From: Porphyridium purpureum
Lineage: Eukaryota
DNA: 64,000 nt
Assembly (NCBI GenBank): GCA_008690995.1
Contig: VRMN01000008.1
Coordinates: 1 to 64,000 of the forward strand
Reading direction: 5' to 3'
In this document: positions 49,501-59,700 of the stretch, one piece after another
Layout: the number at the start of each line of letters is the position of its first letter
Position numbering within the stretch: position 1 is the first letter of the stretch
The notes under the pieces: model-generated
The model's database searches: none
Told to the model about the DNA's origin: nothing
Seen by the model: the letters and a program-made list of their open reading frames with translations, nothing else
Program-made: the position numbers and the translations under genes

Positions 49501-52500
49501 ATGGTCGCATCAAGTCCACAGCCAGCGCCGTTATGCTTCACGGAACTGTACGCGCAAATCCAGCAATGGGTCGTGGCTTGCGCGGATCAAGATGAAGATG
49601 CGGAGCGCGGAAAGCGACTAGACGAGTTGTTCGCGGATCACACGCTGGCGTTGCGTAATCTAGTCGCGAAAAGTGTGCTCGCACTATCGAATCATGTAGA
49701 TCAGCATGCCCGTGAGTCTCCTCCCGCTCGAATCTACTTCCGAGAATCAAGAGGCTCACCGGAGCAGAATCAGCAAAAGTCGCTGGCGCCTGGCGTCCAT
49801 GCTTACGTCGTTGAGATTACGAACGCGTTCAACTTGAAATATCAGGAAGCAACCACCTTGCTGTTTGATTTCTTAGCTTTCGCGTACGCCCCGCAGATCG
49901 ATTTGCTGCGCGGGAAGGTCCATCGACACCTTCGTCAGACGGTCGACCATTTGGACACGAACGAATTGGCGGCGCTGGCGCCCATGTTTAAGCTGGCCGA
50001 GTGGCAAGAGCTGGACACTATTTTTGGATTCAAGTGCTTGGCACTCATCTGCACAACGGCCAGGGAAGAGTCAACGAACAGTGCCGCGGTTGTCGCGTGT
50101 CGCCAGTTTCTGTCCAAAAATGAACGTATCGCAACCGACGCTTCGGAGGCGCTGCGCTCAGTTTCGTGGTCAAAATCCGCTGCAGAGGTGCGTTCAGCTG
50201 GACCCGGTGGACTTTCCCGTACCGGTGTCGCTCAGTTTCTCTTTGAATTTGCTGTCGAGCTATTGCGCAGCAGCGAATGTTCAGGAAATGACCTGGTCTC
50301 ATTTATGCGTGCAGCGCTTACGTACGACCAGACTGCCATGCACTCGTCGGCAGAACCAGATGGCAGTGCATTTGGTCTTGTTTTTGATCTGGTGGTGGCC
50401 GCATGTCTGATCAACGCCATGAATCTCGACCAATTGGTGAGCGCCGCGGATTTGGCATCACGGTCCGATCTGACGGAGGAACCAGATCAAAGCACCATCT
50501 CAAGCGACTCTACTCTTCTGACGCCGGAGATGCAGCAGCAGTTACGGCTCAGCGTCTTTGAGGAAGAGCACATTGCGCAAATCAACTCATTGCTGGATGA
50601 GCACGAGCAAGAAAGCGGCCCGCAAAAAAGCGGCCTGTTTGGTTCACTTTTGCTCGCGTGGGCATCTTATCTGAGAGCTTGCGCCATAGTGCTGCCTGCT
50701 GGTACAAAAGATACCATCAGCCGTGCGCAAAGATATCTGGAAATCGCCATTGACGAGTGCAATGTCTTCGAGTGGCTGGATAGGAGTCTAAATCACCTGT
50801 CGCAGTTGGGTGGGCTCTTCCTTGCGGTTTCTTGTTCGCGTGAGGTGTGTGCGGCATTTGCAGGTTTGGTGTGCTTGTTTGCAGACACGCACCCGCTGCT
50901 AGACCTGTTTCGAGGCGCACGACTCGTTCGGTTGCCCGTTTTCTGCTCAGTCGTGGGTCAGGTCATGAAGGTGGACGCAGCGGCGTGTCAGCTGATGTGG
51001 AGCAGGGAGACGCGTCTCAGCATGCGAATGCGTGGGCTCAATGCTCTTCTGCGGTATGGTATTCTTGTATTTCCGCACAACGCTTTGCCTTTACTCAAGT
51101 TGCTTGCAGGCATTGCGGCGGATTCCTTGACTGCTCAAGTCGCGCAGGAACTTCTTCGCACCGGTCTGACGACGCTCACCACAGTGGCACCAAGTCCGCC
51201 AGATATCTTTCTTGATTCCGCCGTGCCTGAGGATGAGCCGGCCTTTGCAGGCGCCATGGAGTCCGACATTAACTTCAGAGAGGCGGTGAATTTGTTGGGA
51301 GGGCTGTGTGAATCAGAAGTTCAGCAGCGCGTGCTGTTAAAGCAAACATATCGAGTCTTTAGCACCGGAATCGTACCGGGCGCAACAGCAAACGAGAAGG
51401 ACGTGTGGATCATGCGCGGCTCGGCGGGTATGGCGGCCGCAGCTGGGGATGTCGACCTGATTATTTGGCATAGTGTGTGGAATGGGTGGATGATTGTGCT
51501 CGCGATCCTTCACGAGTGGGATAACGTTGTGTCGTCACTCATTGCGACAGGCTTTAACCATGCCAGCGTTGATCCGTCGTGGGTGGTGGCGTCGCTTGAC
51601 CTGGTTGCGCGTGTGGCTCACGAGATTGCCTCCAGTCAACAGTCAACTTCTGGCTTTGTATGTGACGTTGACGACGAGCTCATTCTTCGCCTAATCGTTA
51701 GTACACTGGCGGTGCGTGAATCCGAGTCTGAATCACTGGGTATACCTCTCATCTTGGAAAAGCTGTTTGCTGCGTTGAACAAACTGTTTGACCTCGGCAG
51801 CCGCCTTCGGAAAGAGCGTATTCTTCGTCGTATTTTCGGTTCCGACTTAACGTGGCGTGATCACGTATTGCCAGACTTGCTCGCCCGAGGTTGGAAAGAC
51901 AACACACTACACCAAGTCACGCTCTTGCTATCCATGGTGCGTTCGTACAAAGATATGGTGCGCGATTCCTTTGCAAACAAATCCGATAATGAAAGTGCTC
52001 ATGCGGATCCGATCGTGCGAGGTACGTTGACATTTACTCTGGGTAGTGCTTTGCCATGGTGGCTTCGATTGCTCGACAATCTTCATTTTAAGCAGCAACA
52101 GCACGGCTTGCGTGGCACCTTTGCGACTGGTTTCCATTCTTCAGGGCAGAGTCCATCGCAGAATATATGGGACGTTCCGCACGTAGCATTCGAGCTACTG
52201 GATGGCTTCCGAAGCTACAGTTCGGTTTTAGACCACTCGCACGTGCTCGCATTGTGCTTACATCATACTTTGCACGCATTTCACACCGGTGGTGGTATTC
52301 TGGTTTCATTGCCATCGTTGTCCTTTGTTGGTTGCCTGTTTGCCCTGCTACGGTTCTGGCGAAACGCCTTGAGATGGATTTATACGGGGCTTGTCTTTGG
52401 CACCATATCTCAGCAACGTGCGAATGTCGCTCTGTCGTACTTGCAGCAAAGCTCTGTGGTCTGCCCCGTGCTGGCTCAGATGTGCGCAGGCCTCGGGCGT

Positions 52501-55500
52501 GGCTTTCTGGCCGTGAAAACACAGCATGCTGCGGGAGCTGAGCATAATGATCTGCAGTTCCTGCGAAGTGCGAGTGCCGAATGCTTAACCTTGCTTTGCA
52601 AAATTTTTGCCTTTGGGAGTGAAATTGCGATCGGTCCTGGCCAAAGTTCGTATGGTATTGGCGATAGCGTGAACTCGATGATGCTTATTTCGATCTCTCC
52701 GCATTCGCAGGAAGACTTCATGATGGAACAAATGACAAGAGGGCTTATATTGGTCTTAGAAAATGATTCAGAGAGGTGCGAGTCGGCACCCTTGTTGGAG
52801 TTCTTGGATGCGTCTGTGGCTACAGATCAGAGTGCGATTATGCGTGCGCTCATCCATCCCAAGCTTCTTCAGGTGATGGGGACGCATGTGGAACCCCAGC
52901 ACGGCTTAAAAGTAGAAGAGATGTACGACGGCTCGATTCTCAAGGCCGTATTTGTGCGGGCTAACGTCATCGTGAGTGCTTTTGAAACGATGAATCAAGA
53001 AGAGCTAGTGCGGGCCCACAGGCGCGTAGCTCGGTTGCTAGCGGAATTAGGAGGCATCATGACCTTGGTCCGCAGCGTATGGGACCGCCTCGGTCCCATT
53101 TGGCTGTCAGCCTTGTGGGATGCATGCGGTGTGCGTGCTTTGCTAGCACGCGCCTTGGAGATACTGAGTTCGTTCGCGTGCCACGTTGCTGGTTCATCTT
53201 CTCCTGCCACTTTACACGCAGATTCCTTGGACTTGAACGAGCCTGCGCTTCTCGTCGCCGAGCTTGCGCATGATGTCATGTTCTTGCTTTGCGATTGCGT
53301 GGCTGCTGGTAGTTTCTATGTGAATTCTTCAGAAGCTCTGACTTCATCAACTCAGGAGCCTAATGCTTCGGACGCGAGGAGTGCGTGGCGCCGCATTTGC
53401 AAGTGGTTGGAAGCTAGTGAACCTTCCGCGGCGGGATCTTGGCGCCATTTACTTGATTTCCTCGCCGAATCGCTGGCCTCGGAACTCAAGCTGAAAGATG
53501 CCTTTCAGAGAGGCTTAGTTGATGAGATCGAAGACATTGAGCGTGGCGGTAGCGTACTAGGGCTCCTCGAAGCCGACTCACAGCTTCGAAGCACTGTCGA
53601 AATTTTTCTTTCGGGCAGTGACAGAAACGACACTGTTGGTGCAGAAGTCTCTGCTCCGCTTGATCTCGCAGCGGGCGAGTCGGATCTGCAGTCTTTCTTT
53701 GCAAGTAGGCCATTTCTGTTTTGTGATCGTCGCACGCTTGTTCACATACGCCGTCTCATGACTGTTGAAGGGAAAAGGAAGCATGGCAGCGGAGTGAGGG
53801 AGGGCACGAATGGCTTGCCGCTTCCGTTGATGCTCGGTCCCATGTTCTTTCGAATTCGTTTGCAGTCCTTCGCTTCATGCTCTACGATGTTCCGCGTGTT
53901 CGTCACGGCCATGGCCTGCTTTGACCCGAAAGAAGGCGGTTTGAAGCGAGGCTTAATGGTTCGACTTGACTGTTCCCCTCCTCGCCCGGCTCTTCCTAGC
54001 CGTTTAGCCATAGAAGTGCCTGCATTTTCGCTGGGGGACAGTGGTGCCCCGGCCGCGACAAAGTGTGCGTCCCCAACCAGTGCTTGGCTACGGATCATGG
54101 CACTTCGTTGCATCCATCTGGTGAGTGAGTTTTCCGGCGGTATCGAGCATATAGTACACGCTTCTAATGCACTCAATGAGTGGCTTGAACTAGCTCATTT
54201 ACTTTTGATGAGTAGTCGTGATGTTGATGACAACATCATCGGCGCTGATGCGCGTTTTCCTCGGTCTGCTAGTCAGCTTTCGGTGCCTCTCCGACAAGCG
54301 AGCCGGACGACAACCGAACTTTGTCGCTGGATGTCGGAGCGACGCCGCGTGGGCGCGATTGACTCAGCCGTGGGACGGCCTGAATTATCTACGTTGGAGA
54401 AGCTGGTCGTGCTTATCGGTGCCCTGGTGAATCGTGGCGCTATTGACACTGAAGCACGCCACGCTGTGTCCCTTGCCTTATTTGCAACCATACATGAGCT
54501 TGAAGGCAGGTACATGGACGAAAATGTTTCAATGGTTGGACATCGCGGCCAGATGGATCAGCACGATGCTATTCGAGCGCGCGCATTAGACATCTTATCT
54601 GTCCTTTCTTTGCTTGGGACCAACTCTGGACACGTTTCAGGTAGCGAGGTTGACTTGAAAGCTCAGAGTGAAATAGAAAAGCAGGAAGCTGACCGAACGC
54701 GCAATTTGGCCGCGACGGTGGCGCTGACTGCGGATGTGATGCTGCACGTTGTCAGGCTCATGACTAAGGCGGACAAAACGGTGTTTACGTGTAATGAAGA
54801 AGATGAAAGCAGAAAATTGCTATTGAGCGCTCTCGGATGTCTTGAATGTCTGTTTGCTGGAGATGCTGAGAGTAGCACGGTTGGTCGACGCGCAGGCCTG
54901 CATCTGGTACTCGATTTTTTGTCAAGAACTGGCGACTGTGTGCTAGTGTTTCCAAAGCTTGCACAAGGTGGCGTTGTTTACGATGCCGACACTATGGAGC
55001 GAAGTATTTGGCTGGACATTTGGTGGATGTACTTGCGCATTACAACAGATGCTTTGTTGAGTGTGGGGGAAGGAAACATACATAGACTCTCCCATGGTGT
55101 AGCAGAATCATGCTTTCGTATGGGTACGACGCTTTGCGACTGCACGGACGTGTTTATTCTTCAGCCACAGTTCTCTCTGCGAGCGCTGACTTTAGCTCAG
55201 ATTCAAAACGCGGAGCACGCTAGTGCGTTTTGCTGGGCACTTGTTTCGTGCTTTGGTACTAATGAGACCGGCGCGAAGTTAAGGCGCAAGACCAACAATG
55301 TCAATCTGACGGAGAGTGCAGGCGTTTTTGATCGTATTGGCTCGTGCATGGTTGGTTTGGTGTACCAGACGTATCGCTTGCTGCGCGCGGAGCCGCTAGA
55401 AAGATGGGTCCGGCCAGTATCCGCTCTAGAAATTCAAAGCGCATTGCAGGATGAAGCTGGGCTTGAGGCGGCGTCGGATGTAGACTTTGCGGATGGGACC

Positions 55501-56346
55501 AGGAGTACAGGATACAGGGATGGCGCAAGCGCGAACCGCTTTGCCCAGCAGGCAAGCCCGCTGCCGGCGTCCGTGGTAGCGCCAAAGTTTGGGGTATCGG
55601 CAAATGCACGTTTGGGGAATGCTGGTGAAACGCTGTTGGTGCGGTCGGAAAGAACTTCCGAGTTTAGGACGCCACAGTCAGCGCTGAGACGTGCGCTTGT
55701 TCCGCCGTCACCCGCCATGCCGCCGACGCCGGCTTCGCTGGCCTCTAAGTCAACACCCACAACTGGTCACAATGGATCGAGTATCGGAGATGGCAACCTG
55801 GAAGCCAGCCTTGACGACGATGAGGAGCTTTCCGAGCCGCAACAATCATTCGGAGAATTCCTGTCGCTGAGTACGCTTCGTTGCCTGCGAAACGCGCTGG
55901 TTACCCTGCGGCGTCTACGCGTCGGCAGTGTTGGTGACACCATGACCTCTGCGGGAAATGCGACTTCTCGCTCTGGTGGATCCACATTTTTTGACACAAA
56001 CTCATTGAGCTTGTCTGGCGCACCAACGATAGGCTTGTTGGTCGCCATATTGCTGTATGCTGTGCATGAGTTAAACCTCCAGCGGACAAGCATGTGTTCG
56101 CGGGAAAAGGCTCGCGTTGTACGTGATATTGCGGAATGCGCGGCGTACCTCGTGGCGTCCTCTGTGCATGCCGCGATTCGCGAGGATTCGCCGCCTCCCA
56201 GAAGCGTGCGTGATGAAATGCGAAAGCGACTGATAACAATTCACCGGCATCTCATCAGCTCACCGCTTTTCAATGCGGGAATGTACCGCAGCAGCAGCTT
56301 TATCGGCAGCGCCGAGTTCAGACGATTTGTATTCGAGCAGCTTTGA
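49501..56346 (+). CDS. Large alpha-solenoid protein, probably nucleoporin NUP188-like
   Basis: ~2280-aa Leu/Ala-rich helical ORF. GSLLLAWA, FPHNALPLLKLL and IIWHSVWNGW resemble my recollection of Nup188 N-terminal blocks. The CDS is secure; the identity is less so. ATG at 49501. Confidence 0.6.
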   Translation: MVASSPQPAPLCFTELYAQIQQWVVACADQDEDAERGKRLDELFADHTLALRNLVAKSVLALSNHVDQHARESPPARIYFRESRGSPEQNQQKSLAPGVHAYVVEITNAFNLKYQEATTLLFDFLAFAYAPQIDLLRGKVHRHLRQTVDHLDTNELAALAPMFKLAEWQELDTIFGFKCLALICTTAREESTNSAAVVACRQFLSKNERIATDASEALRSVSWSKSAAEVRSAGPGGLSRTGVAQFLFEFAVELLRSSECSGNDLVSFMRAALTYDQTAMHSSAEPDGSAFGLVFDLVVAACLINAMNLDQLVSAADLASRSDLTEEPDQSTISSDSTLLTPEMQQQLRLSVFEEEHIAQINSLLDEHEQESGPQKSGLFGSLLLAWASYLRACAIVLPAGTKDTISRAQRYLEIAIDECNVFEWLDRSLNHLSQLGGLFLAVSCSREVCAAFAGLVCLFADTHPLLDLFRGARLVRLPVFCSVVGQVMKVDAAACQLMWSRETRLSMRMRGLNALLRYGILVFPHNALPLLKLLAGIAADSLTAQVAQELLRTGLTTLTTVAPSPPDIFLDSAVPEDEPAFAGAMESDINFREAVNLLGGLCESEVQQRVLLKQTYRVFSTGIVPGATANEKDVWIMRGSAGMAAAAGDVDLIIWHSVWNGWMIVLAILHEWDNVVSSLIATGFNHASVDPSWVVASLDLVARVAHEIASSQQSTSGFVCDVDDELILRLIVSTLAVRESESESLGIPLILEKLFAALNKLFDLGSRLRKERILRRIFGSDLTWRDHVLPDLLARGWKDNTLHQVTLLLSMVRSYKDMVRDSFANKSDNESAHADPIVRGTLTFTLGSALPWWLRLLDNLHFKQQQHGLRGTFATGFHSSGQSPSQNIWDVPHVAFELLDGFRSYSSVLDHSHVLALCLHHTLHAFHTGGGILVSLPSLSFVGCLFALLRFWRNALRWIYTGLVFGTISQQRANVALSYLQQSSVVCPVLAQMCAGLGRGFLAVKTQHAAGAEHNDLQFLRSASAECLTLLCKIFAFGSEIAIGPGQSSYGIGDSVNSMMLISISPHSQEDFMMEQMTRGLILVLENDSERCESAPLLEFLDASVATDQSAIMRALIHPKLLQVMGTHVEPQHGLKVEEMYDGSILKAVFVRANVIVSAFETMNQEELVRAHRRVARLLAELGGIMTLVRSVWDRLGPIWLSALWDACGVRALLARALEILSSFACHVAGSSSPATLHADSLDLNEPALLVAELAHDVMFLLCDCVAAGSFYVNSSEALTSSTQEPNASDARSAWRRICKWLEASEPSAAGSWRHLLDFLAESLASELKLKDAFQRGLVDEIEDIERGGSVLGLLEADSQLRSTVEIFLSGSDRNDTVGAEVSAPLDLAAGESDLQSFFASRPFLFCDRRTLVHIRRLMTVEGKRKHGSGVREGTNGLPLPLMLGPMFFRIRLQSFASCSTMFRVFVTAMACFDPKEGGLKRGLMVRLDCSPPRPALPSRLAIEVPAFSLGDSGAPAATKCASPTSAWLRIMALRCIHLVSEFSGGIEHIVHASNALNEWLELAHLLLMSSRDVDDNIIGADARFPRSASQLSVPLRQASRTTTELCRWMSERRRVGAIDSAVGRPELSTLEKLVVLIGALVNRGAIDTEARHAVSLALFATIHELEGRYMDENVSMVGHRGQMDQHDAIRARALDILSVLSLLGTNSGHVSGSEVDLKAQSEIEKQEADRTRNLAATVALTADVMLHVVRLMTKADKTVFTCNEEDESRKLLLSALGCLECLFAGDAESSTVGRRAGLHLVLDFLSRTGDCVLVFPKLAQGGVVYDADTMERSIWLDIWWMYLRITTDALLSVGEGNIHRLSHGVAESCFRMGTTLCDCTDVFILQPQFSLRALTLAQIQNAEHASAFCWALVSCFGTNETGAKLRRKTNNVNLTESAGVFDRIGSCMVGLVYQTYRLLRAEPLERWVRPVSALEIQSALQDEAGLEAASDVDFADGTRSTGYRDGASANRFAQQASPLPASVVAPKFGVSANARLGNAGETLLVRSERTSEFRTPQSALRRALVPPSPAMPPTPASLASKSTPTTGHNGSSIGDGNLEASLDDDEELSEPQQSFGEFLSLSTLRCLRNALVTLRRLRVGSVGDTMTSAGNATSRSGGSTFFDTNSLSLSGAPTIGLLVAILLYAVHELNLQRTSMCSREKARVVRDIAECAAYLVASSVHAAIREDSPPPRSVRDEMRKRLITIHRHLISSPLFNAGMYRSSSFIGSAEFRRFVFEQL

Positions 56347-56376
56347 AAGGGAAGATCTGTAATCCAAAATTTCTAC

Positions 56377-56940
56377 TTATGTCCGGGCCTTCTTGGTGGT
56401 CCCGGGCCCATCCTTCACCTTGTATCGTTTTGCGGACTTCCTGCCAAGAAGAGCTAGGATCTTATTCGACTGCAGCCGATTCAGAATGAGCGGCTGACGG
56501 AGCCGCTGCCGCCTCCGCCGTGACTTTTTGGACATCTTATGCGCCGTATAGGATCTCCCCCGCGTGCGCACTAGCATGCTCGGGAGCACATCAAAGCGAT
56601 CCTTGCACCCCGTGTGCGTCTTCCACTTGCCCTTTCTCCCTATCCCGACTGATCGCACGAACACGCGCTGCACCGGCGTCGCCGCGGTCAAGCTTGTCAT
56701 CAAGCACTGCTGCAAACCCATCGATCTCCCTGGTTGCCGCTCACTCCTCAACACTGTGATCAGTCCTCGGCATCCTCCTGTCGCAAACGCGCTCCCGTCT
56801 CGTCCGGGGGCCGCTCTCCATCTCGGGCCGATCGATTCCACATTTCGCGCGCTCCTCTGCTTCACCAGTTCAAGTGCTTGTCGTGCAGTGGATGCAGCGA
56901 GCGTCGCGCACCTCCTGCGAACCAACAACAAACACAGCAT
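56377..56940 (-). CDS. Organellar (probably mitochondrial) ribosomal protein bL35
   Basis: KWKTHTGCKDRF ... HKMSKKSRRRRQRL matches the bL35 pattern (KxKTHxGxxKRF..H..KK). Arg-rich presequence-like N-terminus. Confidence 0.72.
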   Translation of the reverse strand: MLCLLLVRRRCATLAASTARQALELVKQRSARNVESIGPRWRAAPGRDGSAFATGGCRGLITVLRSERQPGRSMGLQQCLMTSLTAATPVQRVFVRSVGIGRKGKWKTHTGCKDRFDVLPSMLVRTRGRSYTAHKMSKKSRRRRQRLRQPLILNRLQSNKILALLGRKSAKRYKVKDGPGTTKKART

Positions 56941-57656
56941 TGCCGTCTAGCTCGCTCTCCCCGCCGTTCACTGTTCTTTGTCCCACCCGCGCGCGTACGC
57001 TCGACACTGTTTGCTCGTCCCTCAGTGGCTGTGTAGCAATTTTGCGTGTCCGTGTCCGTGGTGCGCGAAATACTTGCTGTCGACGCTGCTGGGTGATCGA
57101 TCAAACCTCCCGCGCGCGCTCTTCTGTCTCCAAGAGTCTAGCCGAGAACCCGCTGCGTGCACCAATATCGCGCGCTCCCTCGCGTGCGATGCGGGCGCGG
57201 AGTCCTTCCAAGGTTGGACCTGCTCGGACCGAAAGAATTGTTTTCGCGCTTTACAGAATTTCAACCATAGGCTCGAGCCAGGCTGTCAGCGTTACTTGTG
57301 TAAGAAGCTCCGCAACGAGCCGCCGCCGCACCCGATGCTGCTCCGGCATTCGGCGCGCTCCTCTCTCTTGACGTGCCTTTTGCAATTGGCTCCCCACGCT
57401 CGCAGCGCTGCGAACATGCGCCCCGAGCCTCGAAACAAACCTGCGTGGTTTCATTTTCTTAATGGTTTCATGGTTTATTGGGTTAACGGGTTAATGGTTA
57501 TAAGCGTTAAACTGGTTTAGCCGAGTGGAGCAGCATGATCAAGAGGACTTGACTGATGTGGGCCGCGGAAGGGCACGAGACGTTTAGCATGAAGGGCAGA
57601 GGAGCTTGACGTTGCGTGCAACTGGGCAGTGATGAGGGCCGGCATCGAGCGGCGAC

Positions 57657-58460
57657 ATGAACGGCAAGGTACAAAAGATGGATGACTCGACATTGTCCGA
57701 AGCAAACGCGATTCGCGTGATAGGAGCTGGGCTTGGACGCACAGGCACAATGTCGTTGAAGGCCGCGCTGGAGATGTTGGGTTACCGCACGTATCACTTT
57801 GTGCGTCCCGAACATGCCGCGCTCTGGGCTGCGTATGCTGACGGCAAGACAAGTAGTGATGACGTCCTGGGCTTGATTGCAGATTCAGGGTACTCGGCCA
57901 CGTGTGACCAACCCACCGCGGACCTGTATGCGGAGCAATTGCGGAAATTTCCCGGAGCCAAAGTTGTGCTGACGGTGCGCGATAGTCCAGAACAGTGGGC
58001 GGCTTCGTGGAAGACGCTTGCGCGGTTTATTGATGTGCAGGAGAGATCCTTCTCGTTGAGCTACCCGACATTTATCCAGTGGATTCCATTCATGCGCCAT
58101 TGGAAGACGATGCGCTCACTCATGGGCACTCATCTTGGTCTACCGCCCGGTGAGCTGATCCGCGGCTGGAAAGCTAAACCAGAAGGTTGGTTGGAAACCC
58201 AATATGAAGCGCACAATGCCCAGGTGTGTGCGACAGTCCCATCAGAGCAGTTGCTGGTTTTCAATGTGAAGGAGGGCGGGGCACCGCTGTGCCCGTTTCT
58301 GGAGAAATGTTTTCCTGAGGAACCCTTTCCCTGCATAAATGAGGCGTCAGACATCGAGTTTGCGACAAACGCAATGATCATGATAAGCTATGCGTGGATT
58401 CCGCTCGTGTGTGTTGCGGTTGGTTCTGTCCATCTGTGCGTCAAGTACCTGAGGCAATAA
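57657..58460 (+). CDS. P-loop sulfotransferase-family protein with C-terminal TM
   Basis: VIGAGLGRTGTMSLKAALEMLGY, FPGAKVVLTVRD..W, YEAHNAQV..VP..LLVFNVKEG, PFPCIN. Confidence 0.8.
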   Translation: MNGKVQKMDDSTLSEANAIRVIGAGLGRTGTMSLKAALEMLGYRTYHFVRPEHAALWAAYADGKTSSDDVLGLIADSGYSATCDQPTADLYAEQLRKFPGAKVVLTVRDSPEQWAASWKTLARFIDVQERSFSLSYPTFIQWIPFMRHWKTMRSLMGTHLGLPPGELIRGWKAKPEGWLETQYEAHNAQVCATVPSEQLLVFNVKEGGAPLCPFLEKCFPEEPFPCINEASDIEFATNAMIMISYAWIPLVCVAVGSVHLCVKYLRQ

Positions 58461-58784
58461 AATCGAGAGTCTGTAGGTCTTGCCGGCTGTGAGCAAAACA
58501 TTCGTAGAGACGGATGTGAAGAGAAGCCAGACGAATGCTAGGTAAGCTGCATTGCCGAAAGCCTATGTTCCTTGTTAACGCGCATAAGTGTTCCGCTGCA
58601 GATAGACCGAGGCATGGACAAGAAGATGAGATCGCCGCGCGATCTGAATGGCTCTTGACGCCGAACATGTACCGGACGAGCTCGTAAAAAAAGTTCCGTG
58701 CATTGAATTAGCCGATTTTGACGTGGAAATCGCGGGATGGTCGCACGAGAGCAAGGGGACTGACGGCGTGTGACGAGCTGCGTG

Positions 58785-59594
58785 ATGGCGTCGCCCTTTT
58801 TCGTGTCTGGAGCGGCAGGGCTGCTGGGAAGAAGTGCGCAAGTGCAGAGGCGCGCGTGCGCCACGAGGAAGGATGTCTATGTCCGGCATGGCGTGCGTGC
58901 CGTGAGGATGTCAGGGTTAGGTGAAGAGGAGCTGGGTATGATGATCCCAGAGGCAACGAAGGAGGAAATGCGGCGTTTGCTTGCCGCGCCTACGCGCGCG
59001 GAGATGATGGCCATCGTTCAAGAGATTGCGAAGCGTACTCGGCGTCACATGAAGACGAAAATTAAGCACACGAGCGACTATCACGATACATTGGCACGGC
59101 CAGCGGCGACGTCGATGCCAAAGTCCGAGGCGGCGAAGCCGTCTTCGCCACCGCCGCCGCGACCTCGACCACCACCACCACCGAGTGGTGACAAACCGGA
59201 GCCAAACTCGACTTCAGCGCCCGCCGCGGTTTCTCGTCCGCCGCCGGCCGCAGCTGAAATCCCCCGTGGAATTCCGTTCACTGCGCATTCGGAGTCGAGT
59301 CAAAGTGCAGAAATCCCAGAAGACCGCCGCGAGCAGCTTGAGCAAAAAATTGAGCAAGTGGAGGCGGCTGCTCGCGCTCTGAGATTCCAATCCTCAAACC
59401 AGGCTGCCAACGCGTACATGGATGACCTCAACCAAAGACCACCTGCCGCTCAGACTCCTTCTGCGAATGGTCGCGCGTCGCACGTTGCTCGTGCCCTTCA
59501 AGATGAGTTCCGCCGCTACTGGCAGGAAAAGGATCTCATCGACAATGCGCATGTGCAGAGGTTGAATGCCATCATTAGCAAACACACTCAGTGA
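58785..59594 (+). CDS. Hypothetical Pro-rich protein with plastid-transit-like N-terminus
   Basis: MASPFFVSGAAG...VRAVRM leader, poly-Pro, coiled-coil-like C-terminus. Confidence 0.6.
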   Translation: MASPFFVSGAAGLLGRSAQVQRRACATRKDVYVRHGVRAVRMSGLGEEELGMMIPEATKEEMRRLLAAPTRAEMMAIVQEIAKRTRRHMKTKIKHTSDYHDTLARPAATSMPKSEAAKPSSPPPPRPRPPPPPSGDKPEPNSTSAPAAVSRPPPAAAEIPRGIPFTAHSESSQSAEIPEDRREQLEQKIEQVEAAARALRFQSSNQAANAYMDDLNQRPPAAQTPSANGRASHVARALQDEFRRYWQEKDLIDNAHVQRLNAIISKHTQ

Positions 59595-59700
59595 CTTAGG
59601 ACTTTCTTCGGAGCCTTTAGGTGGGCCCAATGTGATGGCATTAGTTTCGTGAAAAGTATGTAGCAGCGAATTCTCAGATGCTTTTTCTTTCTTTCCCCTC

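Noticed and set aside
49207..49541. Apparent head-to-head overlap of the COM1 and NUP188-like ORFs
   Set aside because: It disappears when the more plausible ATGs (49331 and 49501) are used.
56978..57520. 180-aa Cys-rich ORF
   Set aside because: Non-ATG start, no domain pattern, and it runs into the GGTT array.
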